This document shows positions 48,804 through 58,136 of a stretch of DNA of 64,000 nucleotides, piece by piece. The position numbers and the translations under genes were made by a program. Origin of the DNA: Candidatus Latescibacterota bacterium (GTDB taxonomy: Bacteria > Latescibacterota > UBA2968 > GCA-2709665); assembly GCA_965248435.1 (NCBI GenBank), contig OZ252100.1, positions 3,072,001-3,136,000 of the forward strand, in the 5' to 3' direction. The notes under the pieces were generated by a model. It searched no databases. It was not told where the DNA came from and saw only the letters and a program-made list of their open reading frames with translations. How positions within the stretch are numbered: the first letter of the stretch is position 1; every line of letters starts with the position of its first letter.

Positions 48804-49760
48804 ATGGACTATAGAGAAGCGATTGCCTTTTTCGAAGCAGAAGGCCCATACCTCCTTTCTACACACATTAATGCCGACGGAGATGGCATCGGGGCGTGTC
48901 TGGCCCTGGGTGGGCTCTTGGAGCAACTGGACCGACCCTACCGGATTATTGTGTCTGATGAGCAGGTGGGCGACAAGTTCTCGTTTCTTTCACAGTTCGA
49001 CCGTCTCGAAAGCATCCATTCCTTGAGCGATCGTCCCCAGTTTGATCGCGCGGTTTACTTGGATACGCCTACCATCAAGGAGGAGAGGGTTGGGGAGGTG
49101 GCCCTGATGTTGAGTGAATCGGCGCAGGTTCTCGTGATCGACCACCACAAGGGGCGAGGTGATGAGGGGGACGTGCGCCTTGTCGATACAGGTGCGAGTG
49201 CAGTGAGCGAGCTGGTCTTCAGACTGATCCAGGCTGCGAACGTAGAGATTAGCCCGGAGATCGCGAACGAACTTTACACAGGGATTGCGTTCGACACCAA
49301 GCTGTTCAAATACTCTCACCCGGCTCGGGGAATCAAGGCCTGCGCGGAGCTTGTGGACTTTGGTGCGGATCCTCAACTCGTCTCCGATGCGTTGTTTGGC
49401 CACGAATCGTATGAGACCATCAAAACCCTCGGCGTAGGGTTGACCACGCTAGAACTCCACTTTGGAGGGCGCGTTACGAGTCTGAGTGTAGACTACGAAA
49501 CCTTTTCCTTGGGCGGTGATCTGGATTTCGTCGTAGATCACGCCATGTCCGTCGATGGTGTGGAGGTGGCACTTTTTCTCAAGGAAGCAACCCCTGGGCG
49601 TCATCGTGTGAGCCTTAGGTCTCGCGGGGAGCTCGATGTGAACGCGGTTGCCACTCTTTTTGGTGGTGGAGGGCACCAGCGCGCTTCAGGGTGTACGCTG
49701 GAAGGACCGCTGGGAGAGGTAAAACAGAGGCTGTTGCGTGAAGTCGAGAAAAGGCTTTGA
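48804..49760 (+). CDS. nrnA: DHH/DHHA1 phosphoesterase (NrnA-like)
   Basis: 'HINADGDG', 'IDHH', 'GIAFDT', 'SLRS', 'GGGGH..ASG'. Confidence 0.85.
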   Translation: MDYREAIAFFEAEGPYLLSTHINADGDGIGACLALGGLLEQLDRPYRIIVSDEQVGDKFSFLSQFDRLESIHSLSDRPQFDRAVYLDTPTIKEERVGEVALMLSESAQVLVIDHHKGRGDEGDVRLVDTGASAVSELVFRLIQAANVEISPEIANELYTGIAFDTKLFKYSHPARGIKACAELVDFGADPQLVSDALFGHESYETIKTLGVGLTTLELHFGGRVTSLSVDYETFSLGGDLDFVVDHAMSVDGVEVALFLKEATPGRHRVSLRSRGELDVNAVATLFGGGGHQRASGCTLEGPLGEVKQRLLREVEKRL

Positions 49761-49782
49761 GCGAGGGGATGACTGATAAGCG

Positions 49783-50691
49783 ATGGATTTGTTGACCTTA
49801 AAGAGCTGGAGTGCTGACGACATCGCGGCCACGATAAGGGAAGGGTTGGAGATCAAAGCCCATCCGGAGCAGTACAGGGATGCGCTTTCGACCAAGGTGC
49901 TCGCGATGTTGTTTCAGAAGACCTCCACCCGAACGCGCTGTGGGTTCGAAGTCGGCATGGCCCAGATGGGCGGCCATGCACTGTATTTGGACTGGCGTTC
50001 GACGAATTTCGTGCTGTCCGACCTGAAGGATGAAGCTCAGGTTTTATCCAGGTACGCCGACGGCATCGTCGCACGCATGCTGAAGCACGAAGATCTTCTA
50101 GAGCTTGGAGCGGGGTCGGAGGTTCCTTTGATCAACGGCTGCTGTGACCGGTATCATCCGTGCCAAGCCCTGGGGGATTTGATGACCATATCGGAGGTCC
50201 AGGGGTCTGTAGACGGGGCACACCTGGTGTATGTCGGAATGCGAAACAACGTCTGTAATTCGCTGATTGTCGGATGCACGAAGTCAGGAATGCGAATCAC
50301 GGCGGTCACGCCTATGGCGAACGAGTCGTCAGAAGATGCAGCATTAGTCGCCGATGCACAGAAGACGGGTCTTTATGAAGAGACGCTGGAATTGGACAGA
50401 GTCGTGGCGAATGCGGACTTTCTTTATACAGACACCTGGGTGGATATGGAATTCTTTTTGGATCCCAAATTCGAAGAAGAAAAGAAGAGGCGCATCGAGG
50501 AATTTTCCCCTTATCAGATCAATGCGGATCTTCTGAAGAAGACAGATGCGAAGGTGCTACACTGCCTGCCTGCTCACAAAGGCTATGAGGTGACAGCGGA
50601 GGTGGTGGAAAGCGAGAGGTGGATTGCAGTGGATCAGGCAGAGAACCGACTACACATTCAGAAAGCGATTTTGAATCGGCTTCTAAGATGA
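49783..50691 (+). CDS. argF: Ornithine carbamoyltransferase-like transcarbamylase
   Basis: 'STRTR', 'HPCQAL', 'HCLPA', 'QAENRLH'; the SMG loop reads DME. Confidence 0.8.
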   Translation: MDLLTLKSWSADDIAATIREGLEIKAHPEQYRDALSTKVLAMLFQKTSTRTRCGFEVGMAQMGGHALYLDWRSTNFVLSDLKDEAQVLSRYADGIVARMLKHEDLLELGAGSEVPLINGCCDRYHPCQALGDLMTISEVQGSVDGAHLVYVGMRNNVCNSLIVGCTKSGMRITAVTPMANESSEDAALVADAQKTGLYEETLELDRVVANADFLYTDTWVDMEFFLDPKFEEEKKRRIEEFSPYQINADLLKKTDAKVLHCLPAHKGYEVTAEVVESERWIAVDQAENRLHIQKAILNRLLR

Positions 50692-50697
50692 GAGACG

Positions 50698-50796
50698 GTA
50701 TCTCGTATCTCGTGAAGCGTATCTCGCCCGATATATTTTGTGGATTCACAAATGTGAGACACAATGTCGGCCCCCGAGATACGAAATACGAGATAC
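50698..50796. repeat. Inverted pair of heptamer arrays (GTATCTC)n ... (GAGATAC)n
   Basis: GTATCTC-GTATCTC-GTGAAGC-GTATCTC (50698-50725) and GAGATAC-GAAATAC-GAGATAC (50776-50796). Confidence 0.75.
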
Positions 50797-50817
50797 GACC
50801 CATGGATAGAGGCCCAA

Positions 50818-52143
50818 ATGAAGGATAGCGAGAAAGCAAGCATTGAGTTAAGGAAAAAGATCGAAGGCCGCTCAGCTCGGGTCTCTGTGATCGGACTGGG
50901 TTATGTTGGACTCCCCCTTGCTGTGGAGCTCGGGAAGGCAGGGTTTGAGGTGACTGGGGTGGAGACATCGTCTGACAAGGTGTCTTTGATAGAGGCTGGC
51001 CGCTCGGATGTCCAGGGGATTCCGGACTTCGAGGTGGCCGGGTTAAAAGCCGTCGGAAAACTAAGTGCCACGCTGGACTACGATGCGACAGGCGAGTCGG
51101 ATGTTATTGTCGTTTGTGTGCCGACTCCCCTCAACAAGACGAGAGACCCAGACGTATCATTCATCATCGACGCCTTCACTCAGATTGCAAAACGAGCGCG
51201 TCGGGGACAACTCGTGGTCCTTGAAAGTACGACCTACCCTGGCACGACCCAGGAAGTCGTACTTCCGCTCCTGGAAGAAAGAGCGCTCAAAGTGGGGGAA
51301 GATTTCTTTCTCGCCTTTTCCCCGGAGCGGGTGGACCCGGGGAATCAGGTCTACACTCTGAAGAACACACCCAAGGTCTTAGGTGGCGTTACCGACTCTT
51401 GCACCGACATGGCGAAGCTTTTCTATCAGCAGGTGATTTCAGAGCTCGTCCCTGTGTCTTCTACTGGCGCGGCGGAAATGGTCAAGATGCTGGAAAATAC
51501 GTTTCGAAGTGTAAACATCGCGCTGGTGAATGAGGTGGCATTGATGTGCGACCGGCTCGGGATCGACGTATGGGAAGTGATCGACGCCGCGGCAAGCAAG
51601 CCTTTCGGGTTTATTCCGTTTTACCCTGGACCCGGACTGGGTGGACACTGTATTCCGGTTGATCCACACTTTCTTGCCTGGAAACTTCGGAGCTTGAACT
51701 TTCACTCCAGGTTTATCGAACTGTCCGGAGAGATCACGCGCGGCATGCCGGCATATGTCGTGTCTAAGATCGGGGATGCGCTCAACCGGTTCGAGAAAAG
51801 TATAAACGGATCGGCGGTTCTCGTCCTTGGCGTCACCTACAAACCTGATGTGGACGATATCCGGGAGTCTCCTGCCCTGGATATCATCGAGAACCTTCAA
51901 GAGAAGGGTGCGAATGTCTCTTACCACGATCCGTTTGTCGATGAACTCTCCGTTGAGCCTCTAAATATGAAGTCGGTGACGCTGACGGAGGATCAGATCG
52001 CCTCCGCGGACTGCGTCGTGATCACGACCGACCATTCGAGCTATGACTGTTCCTGGATTGTGGAACACGCACTTTGCATCGTAGACACCCGGAACGCGAC
52101 GAAAGGGGTCTCGGACGCAGACCGGAAGGTGGTAAAGCTGTAA
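50818..52143 (+). CDS. Nucleotide-sugar 6-dehydrogenase (UDP-GlcNAc dehydrogenase, WbpA/TviB-like)
   Basis: 'GLGYVGLP', 'CVPTP', 'ESTTYPGTT', 'SPER', 'GGHCIPVD', 'D.RESP'. Confidence 0.9.
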   Translation: MKDSEKASIELRKKIEGRSARVSVIGLGYVGLPLAVELGKAGFEVTGVETSSDKVSLIEAGRSDVQGIPDFEVAGLKAVGKLSATLDYDATGESDVIVVCVPTPLNKTRDPDVSFIIDAFTQIAKRARRGQLVVLESTTYPGTTQEVVLPLLEERALKVGEDFFLAFSPERVDPGNQVYTLKNTPKVLGGVTDSCTDMAKLFYQQVISELVPVSSTGAAEMVKMLENTFRSVNIALVNEVALMCDRLGIDVWEVIDAAASKPFGFIPFYPGPGLGGHCIPVDPHFLAWKLRSLNFHSRFIELSGEITRGMPAYVVSKIGDALNRFEKSINGSAVLVLGVTYKPDVDDIRESPALDIIENLQEKGANVSYHDPFVDELSVEPLNMKSVTLTEDQIASADCVVITTDHSSYDCSWIVEHALCIVDTRNATKGVSDADRKVVKL

Positions 52144-52180
52144 TGAAGCTATCCGAAATTCCTGTCTCTCAGGTGTGTCA

Positions 52181-53116
52181 ATGCGAACCTTGATCACAGG
52201 TGGAGCCGGCTTTCTTGGGTCACACATTTGCGAGTTTCTGCTCGACAAAGGGCACGAAGTCGTGGCGCTTGACAACCTCCTGACCGGCAGGGAAGATAAC
52301 ATCTCGCACTTGATCGGCCGGAAGGGCTTCACGTTTCTAGACTACGATGTGACTAATTTTGTACACGTTACCGGATCGTTGGATTACATCCTCCACTTTG
52401 CTAGCCCGGCGAGTCCGAAGGACTATCTTCAGCATTCGATCCATACGATGAAAGTTGGAGCCCTGGGGACCTACCGGACGCTCGGGCTCGCGCGTTCCAA
52501 GAGTGCCAGGTTTCTGCTTGCTTCCACATCCGAATCTTACGGAGACCCACTGGTCCACCCGCAGCCGGAGACCTACTGGGGTAATGTGAATCCGATCGGG
52601 GTCCGCGGGGTCTACGACGAGGCGAAACGATTCGCCGAGGCTCTGACGATGGCCTACCACAGAGAGGTAGGTGTCGATACGCGGATTATTCGGATCTTCA
52701 ACACCTATGGCCCTCGGATGCGCAAAGACGACGGCCGGGCGATTCCAACTTTTATCACTCAGGCCCTTTCGGGGGATGATGTCACGGTATTCGGAGACGG
52801 AAGCCAGACGCGCAGTGTCTGTTACGTGAGTGACCTGATCGCGGGCATCTACGAAGCGATGCAGAGCGACCACCCCGAACCTGTGAACCTCGGGAATCCA
52901 CACGAGATGTCGATACTGGAACTGGCGAACTTGATTATCGGGCTCTCAGAAAGCCAAAGTCAGATTGTGTTCAAGCCCGCGCTGGTGGATGATCCGAAGG
53001 TGCGTCAGCCCGATATCGGTTTGGCGAAGAAGGTTTTGGGGTGGGAACCGAAGGTGTCCACCGAAGAGGGACTCCGCAGGACGATTGCGTGGTTTGGGGA
53101 AAATTCCGGGGCATGA
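52181..53116 (+). CDS. UDP-glucuronate decarboxylase-like extended SDR
   Basis: '[10 protein letters not shown]', 'HFASPASP', '[10 protein letters not shown]', 'YDEAKR', 'RIFNTYGP'. Confidence 0.9.
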   Translation: MRTLITGGAGFLGSHICEFLLDKGHEVVALDNLLTGREDNISHLIGRKGFTFLDYDVTNFVHVTGSLDYILHFASPASPKDYLQHSIHTMKVGALGTYRTLGLARSKSARFLLASTSESYGDPLVHPQPETYWGNVNPIGVRGVYDEAKRFAEALTMAYHREVGVDTRIIRIFNTYGPRMRKDDGRAIPTFITQALSGDDVTVFGDGSQTRSVCYVSDLIAGIYEAMQSDHPEPVNLGNPHEMSILELANLIIGLSESQSQIVFKPALVDDPKVRQPDIGLAKKVLGWEPKVSTEEGLRRTIAWFGENSGA

Positions 53117-53119
53117 GAG

Positions 53120-53171
53120 AAAGACGCCCCGATGGTGATGGATGAAAGAGACGCCCCGGCGGGGCGTCTTT
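53120..53171. terminator. Hairpin between convergent genes
   Basis: AGACGCCCC-GGC-GGGGCGTCT (53149-53169) plus a second copy of the left arm at 53120-53131. Confidence 0.55.
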
Positions 53172-53182
53172 GCAAGTTATGG

Positions 53183-53962
53183 TCAGGTTTTGTAGTTTTG
53201 GCGGATTTCGTCGTAAACACGGTCTACGTAGGAGACCATGAACGTGATGTCGCTTCCGGCCTGGATCCATCGAACCCCGCGTTTGGTCTGGGTCGAGATG
53301 AATTCGGGATCTGCAGGCGCACCAGATCCCACTGAAAGACCCGCGGCCGCTGCCTTGGCGATGATTTCCTCCATCGCGGCTACCACTGTGGGATGTTCGA
53401 CCTGCCCGAGGAGGCCGAGGGCCCCGGATAGATCCCAAGGACCGAGAACGACTGAATCCAGACCCTTGACCGCGACGATTTTATCGATGGTTTGAAGGGC
53501 CTGGACGGTCTCGATCATCACGGTCACAAAGATGCTGGTGTTCGCCTTCTCGACGTATTCCTCCAGGCTCTCCCTTCCGTAGTTGGTCGGCACCAACGGA
53601 CCGAATCCCCGTCTGCCCTCCGGGGGATATCGACAGTCGGCCACGATCTGCTCGACCTGTTCAGCGCTCTCTACCTGGGGCACGACGATTCCATCCGCAC
53701 CGGCGTCGAGCACAGGCTTGATGAACTGTGTGCCGATCCCCTGTACCCGCACGAATGCAGGCTTCTTCCTTCCCCGGGCTGCCAGGAGGTGCCCGCCCAT
53801 CGCCTCTGGGCTCATGTTGTTGTGTTCCAAGTCGATCCAAAGGAAGTCGACCCGATCAGCCAGTGCCTCGCTCGAACGTGGATCCGTCAAGTTGATCCCT
53901 GGGCCGATCAGCAGGTCTCCCTGGCTCAAACGTTTTCGAAAGTCATCCACGGCTTCAAACAT
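53183..53962 (-). CDS. HpcH/HpaI aldolase family protein
   Basis: 'IDLEH', 'VRV', 'RYPPEGRRG', 'MIET', 'GPWDLS'; ATG after GAGGAG. Confidence 0.9.
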   Translation of the reverse strand: MFEAVDDFRKRLSQGDLLIGPGINLTDPRSSEALADRVDFLWIDLEHNNMSPEAMGGHLLAARGRKKPAFVRVQGIGTQFIKPVLDAGADGIVVPQVESAEQVEQIVADCRYPPEGRRGFGPLVPTNYGRESLEEYVEKANTSIFVTVMIETVQALQTIDKIVAVKGLDSVVLGPWDLSGALGLLGQVEHPTVVAAMEEIIAKAAAAGLSVGSGAPADPEFISTQTKRGVRWIQAGSDITFMVSYVDRVYDEIRQNYKT

Positions 53963-54114
53963 CCAGATCTCCTCTATTTTCGAAGTGACAAAGCCAAAAG
54001 TCATGTCCGTGCGAAGCGTGCTTTCGGGACAGCAAATTCATTGTAAGTTGGGGAAAGTTTGATTAGGTTTCAAGCCCGAAATTCATTCACCTTTAATCAC
54101 CCATCGGAGGGGAA

Positions 54115-54939
54115 ATGGCCAAGTCGAGAGGGACTCCATCCTCTGTAAAGCACGACCCGACGGCGCTCGGACGCGGCTTCAAGCGGCGTCTCAAGTCGAA
54201 CGACATTCTGCTTGGGGGGATGGTATCCGAGTACCTGCGTCCGTCGCTTGTCAAGCACTACCGATACGCCGGTTTTGATTTCATCTTCGTGGACAAGGAG
54301 CACATCTTCTTCGATGGGTTAGAGATGTCAGACTTCGTGCTTTGCGCGCGGGACAATCAGCTGCCGGTGATTTCCAAGATCGGAGAGCTGAATCGACCTG
54401 AAACGGCGCGCCTCCTGGAAGCAGGTGTCGTGGGCATTCAGCTTCCGAGAACGGAATCGCGAGAAGATCTGATGACCCTCGTAGAGTTCGTGAAGTTCAC
54501 GCCGGTGGGTTCACGCGCAGCGGCTCCGGGATTCGGAAACGTGGACTACGTTCCTCCAGAAGACGGCGCCGCTTGGATCAAAAAGGCGAATCTGTCCACG
54601 GTGATCGTGGCGCATATCGAGACCCGTAAAGGTTATGAGAACGCGGAGGAGATCGTGACGACGCCTCACGTGGATATGGTCTACGTTGGACCGTATGATT
54701 TTTCGATATCCATGGGACATCCCGGCGAGTACGACCACCCCGATGTGAAAAAAGGGATCCAGAAGATTATGAGTCTCTGTCTCAAGCACGACGTGCCTTT
54801 TGGTACGACCGCGTCCGGACCGAAGGCGGCAGGACAATTGATCGCCCGGGGCTGTCGGTTCTTCGAGGTGAATGACGAATTCCAGTGGATCAGAGAAGGT
54901 GCGCGTCGAGAGGTCTCTGAGTACCGCAAGTACTGTTAG
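54115..54939 (+). CDS. HpcH/HpaI aldolase family protein (divergent)
   Basis: 'VDKEH', 'KFTPVGSR', 'HIET', 'GPYDFS'. Confidence 0.85.
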   Translation: MAKSRGTPSSVKHDPTALGRGFKRRLKSNDILLGGMVSEYLRPSLVKHYRYAGFDFIFVDKEHIFFDGLEMSDFVLCARDNQLPVISKIGELNRPETARLLEAGVVGIQLPRTESREDLMTLVEFVKFTPVGSRAAAPGFGNVDYVPPEDGAAWIKKANLSTVIVAHIETRKGYENAEEIVTTPHVDMVYVGPYDFSISMGHPGEYDHPDVKKGIQKIMSLCLKHDVPFGTTASGPKAAGQLIARGCRFFEVNDEFQWIREGARREVSEYRKYC

Positions 54940-54951
54940 AGGGGAAGCTCA

Positions 54952-56322
54952 GTGAAGATCTCCATCGTCAACGGCACGATCGTTACGGGTGACGGAAAGA
55001 CGGTTCTTCCGGAATCTTCCATCGTGGTGGAAGACGTTTTTATCACACAGATCCACGACACGAAGTATATCCCTTACAACGATTCAGATCGAATAATCGA
55101 CGCGCAGGGCGGCTTCATCATTCCGGGACTGATCAATCACCACTCGCACGAAGTGGCCTTCGGTCCCAACTATCACGCGAACTCAGATTCCGGCCCCACT
55201 TTCTTCGGCAAACACCGATGGCCGATCAGGCGCATCTTTGGCTATTTGGACAAACATCTGCTGGATGGTGCCACCACGCTTCTATCGCTGGACGGGTTGG
55301 CGAGTGTGTGGGAAGTCGAGGCGATGAACAAGCTCCACCCGATCAACATCAGGGCAGCGACGATTCACAGCGAACAGAACAAGGCGAACATCCGTCGTCA
55401 CGGCGGGTACATCGACGATCTGCACGAGAACCTGACCGCGGAGCAGATGATTTCAAGCGGCGCCGTCGCCGTCGGCGAAACAGCGGTGCCTTCGAGTCCG
55501 TACGGGCTTTTCGAATTCTATCGGGCCGCCGGCCGACCGATTTTGATCGACCAGGCGATGAGGCTGGCCAGTGCGCTTTTCGAGCGCCCCGGCGCCCCAC
55601 CCCTGAAGCCGTATGACGAGCAGGCTGTGACTGAGGCAGTGAACGAGGCTGGATTGGAGGGTGTGCTCACGGCCGCTCAGGCCAGGCAAGTGGCCCTGGA
55701 CATCGAGCAGCAGCACGAGGCTGCAGAATTAGCGCTGAAGGAATCGGCCGAAATCGGAAAGAAGCTCGGTGTGCCAGTGGTCGCTCACCACTCGGGTGAG
55801 AATGCGGACGTGATCGCGGGAATCGCGGGCGAGATGGGCCCGGGACTGATCGCTGCGCATTCCAATCATATGTTCACGCCCGAAGAAGGAGTCGCGAGGG
55901 CCAGACACCTGAAGGAGCACGGCGTGTTTGTTGACATCTACTCCGGGGATTCGTTCGGCGTTCGGCAATCGACACCGACTCCCGAAACGATTTTTGCACT
56001 GTTGGAAGCGGGCCTCGTGGACCTGATCTCAACGGACTTCCTCAACGGCTACTGGGATCCAATCTTGCTTACGATCGAAAAAGCGGTGGAAGGTGGCATC
56101 CTGGACACGGCCTCTGGCATCGCCAAGGCCACGGGGAACGTGACAAAGGCGATTCCCAGGCTTGCGCCGAATCGGGGCTTCTTAGAAGCGGGAAAGGTCG
56201 CGGATGTCGTCGTGACCAAACCGGAGCGGCTGTCGGAGATCAAGGTGGTGATGATTTCGGGCAGGGTCGTCGTGGAGGACGGACGTATCGCCCCGGCAAG
56301 ACAGGCAGCGCGGAATCTCTAA
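54952..56322 (+). CDS. Metal-dependent amidohydrolase superfamily protein
   Basis: 'I.NGTIVTGDG', 'IDAQG..IIPGLINHHSH', 'AHH', 'AHSNH', 'ISTD', 'RG.LEAGKVADVV', 'V.ISGRVV'. Confidence 0.8.
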   Translation: MKISIVNGTIVTGDGKTVLPESSIVVEDVFITQIHDTKYIPYNDSDRIIDAQGGFIIPGLINHHSHEVAFGPNYHANSDSGPTFFGKHRWPIRRIFGYLDKHLLDGATTLLSLDGLASVWEVEAMNKLHPINIRAATIHSEQNKANIRRHGGYIDDLHENLTAEQMISSGAVAVGETAVPSSPYGLFEFYRAAGRPILIDQAMRLASALFERPGAPPLKPYDEQAVTEAVNEAGLEGVLTAAQARQVALDIEQQHEAAELALKESAEIGKKLGVPVVAHHSGENADVIAGIAGEMGPGLIAAHSNHMFTPEEGVARARHLKEHGVFVDIYSGDSFGVRQSTPTPETIFALLEAGLVDLISTDFLNGYWDPILLTIEKAVEGGILDTASGIAKATGNVTKAIPRLAPNRGFLEAGKVADVVVTKPERLSEIKVVMISGRVVVEDGRIAPARQAARNL

Positions 56323-56324
56323 AC

Positions 56325-56359
56325 CGTGGATCGTGACTCGTGGATCGTCGTTCGTAAAG
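56325..56359. repeat. Heptamer tandem repeat (CGTGGAT family)
   Basis: CGTGGAT-CGTGACT-CGTGGAT-CGTCGTT-CGTAAAG right after a stop codon. Confidence 0.65.
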
Positions 56360-56361
56360 AC

Positions 56362-56481
56362 AACGGGTTGTCGTCAGTCCCGCCAGGTGAAAACGGGTTG
56401 TCGTCAGTCCTGACAGGTGAAAACGGGTTGTCGTCAGTTCTGCCAGGTGAAGACGGGTTGTCGTCAGTCCTGCCAGGTGAA
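56362..56481. repeat. 4 x 30-bp tandem repeat duplicating the 3' end of the MDR gene
   Basis: Consensus AACGGGTTGTCGTCAGTCCTGCCAGGTGAA, one substitution per unit, no spacers. Confidence 0.95.
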
Positions 56482-57474
56482 GATGACGCCCATCATGGAC
56501 TTCTCACGGCGATAGGCCATTTCATACGCCTTGGCCATTTCCGAGTAGTGGAAACGATGCGTGACGAGACGTTTTGGCTCAAGGCCCTGATCGGCCATGA
56601 GTGAGAGGACGTGCCGGCAAGACCGCGTCCACGAGAACGCGCCTTCGGACGTGGGATAGAGATCGCCAGCCTCGCGGGAGACGGCGATCAATGAAATCCC
56701 CTTGTCGTAGAACCATTCCATGCTGAGCGGGTTGAAGTCGAGAGGCTCTTCACCCCTTTCGGGCAGGCTCACGATCGCGACGCGGCCGTTGATGCGGACG
56801 ATCTGCACCGCAGTGCGGTAGGCCGGCCAGGGGTTGGCGGTAAGGATGACCAGGTCGATCCCGGAGCCGTTCGTAAACGTATCCAGCTTTGCGTCGAGGT
56901 CCGGATCGTCGGACATATAGGCCGCGTGAGCGCCCATGCGCTGCGCCATCTCGAGGCGGATCGGGCTGTTCCCGACCCCGACGACGCGGGCGCCGAAGAG
57001 GGGCCCGAGGGCGACCGCACCCAATCCCAGCACACCCAGGCCGACGACGGCGACGTTTTCCCCCGGCCGGAAGAACGCCCTGCTGTAGCAGAGCGCACTG
57101 AGTGTATAGAGGTGCGCAAAGACCGCGTCTTCTGAATGCACGTTATCCGGAACCGTGAGGATAACCTCGGTTTCTCTCGCGACGTATTCGGACTGATGCG
57201 GTTTGCGCGATATGACGCGGTCTCCGACTTTGAACTTCGTCACCGAATCTCCCACACCGCGAATCACGCCGAGGTTGCTGTCGCCGACCCAGCGAGGAAA
57301 GTCCGGGGCACCCGGCACCCTTTCCGCGCCTTCGTAGTTGCCCCTGTCCGTTCCTATCTTGAGCGCGGTGATCTCGGTTTCCACCCAGACTTCGTCAGGT
57401 TTCAGATTCGAGGTGTCCAACGGCTGGTCTTCTATACGAAGGTCACGCGGGCCGTGAAGGATTGGGATTTTCAT
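56464..57474 (-). CDS. Medium-chain dehydrogenase/reductase lacking canonical Zn ligands
   Basis: GroES-like N-domain ('KIGTD', 'FKVGDRV'), Rossmann 'VVGLGVLG', 'LVTHRF'; RBS AAGGAG. Confidence 0.85.
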   Translation of the reverse strand: MKIPILHGPRDLRIEDQPLDTSNLKPDEVWVETEITALKIGTDRGNYEGAERVPGAPDFPRWVGDSNLGVIRGVGDSVTKFKVGDRVISRKPHQSEYVARETEVILTVPDNVHSEDAVFAHLYTLSALCYSRAFFRPGENVAVVGLGVLGLGAVALGPLFGARVVGVGNSPIRLEMAQRMGAHAAYMSDDPDLDAKLDTFTNGSGIDLVILTANPWPAYRTAVQIVRINGRVAIVSLPERGEEPLDFNPLSMEWFYDKGISLIAVSREAGDLYPTSEGAFSWTRSCRHVLSLMADQGLEPKRLVTHRFHYSEMAKAYEMAYRREKSMMGVIFTWQD

Positions 57475-57593
57475 GGCAGGCTCCTTTTGTTAGGTCGAAC
57501 GACGCACCCCGCATGATAGCGTTATTTTGTGCAAGGGCGTAGCGGTTATTAGCACCTTCAATTTCGAGCGAAAGTACCTTCAATCTCCGTCCC

Positions 57594-57622
57594 TTGACAG
57601 CTGTAACCGACTTAGCTATATT
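57594..57622 (+). promoter_or_regulatory. Sigma70-type promoter for ssrA
   Basis: TTGACA (57594-57599), 17 bp spacer, TATATT (57617-57622). Confidence 0.7.
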
Positions 57623-57672
57623 GGTTTAGTGAAGTCGACTGGAATCCGTAGCCGGCTTGTTCTTTGTCAACT

Positions 57673-58034
57673 GGGGGCGACATGGCTTCGACGGGGGAGG
57701 CGAGGCGATAGCTGCGTGTCGAGGTCCCATTACCTCGTAAAACTGGTGGGAAAAAACACAACTGCGAACGATAACTCGTACGCAATGGCCGCCTAATTAA
57801 AGGGTAGCCCGTCCCGTCGGTTCTCGCCTGCAGGGGCCGATCGGGGCGCCGATTCATGCAGGCTGGTCCTTGGTCCTCCGCCAGAGGGGCCTGGACGAGA
57901 CTTTATCTGGCTGGCGCGCTGACGACCCTGTCACCCAGGTAGCCTGCGCGTGAGATTGAATGGGTAGACTACACACGTAGATGCTGTCGTTGGACTTCCT
58001 TCGGACGCGGGTTCGATTCCCGCCGCCTCCACCA
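57673..58034 (+). ncRNA. ssrA: tmRNA; tag (A)ANDNSYAMAA*
   Basis: 5' GGGGGCGACATGGCTTCGAC, 3' GCGGGTTCGATTCCCGCCGCCTCCACCA with Ala G3:U70 pair; tag reading frame 57764-57796. Confidence 0.97.
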
Positions 58035-58039
58035 TCTTT

Positions 58040-58081
58040 AAGAAGCGCAACTCTCTGTTGGTAAGGGAAGTTGCGCTTCTT
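58040..58081 (+). terminator. Hairpin/terminator after ssrA
   Basis: AAGAAGCGCAACT ... AGTTGCGCTTCTT 13-bp inverted repeat. Confidence 0.7.
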
Positions 58082-58136
58082 CGTTCTAATGCCAACCGTT
58101 TGGTGTTAGGTAGCGAAAAAACAAAGAGAGAGCCCA

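Noticed and set aside
56326-56604. 92-aa ORF with 'NGLSSVLPGE' repeats, and possible mini-CRISPR
   Set aside because: It is the translation of the 30-bp tandem repeat, antisense to the MDR gene end; the units are contiguous with no spacers and no cas genes.
57527-57796. 89-aa ORF ending ANDNSYAMAA
   Set aside because: This is the tmRNA tag frame, not a protein gene.
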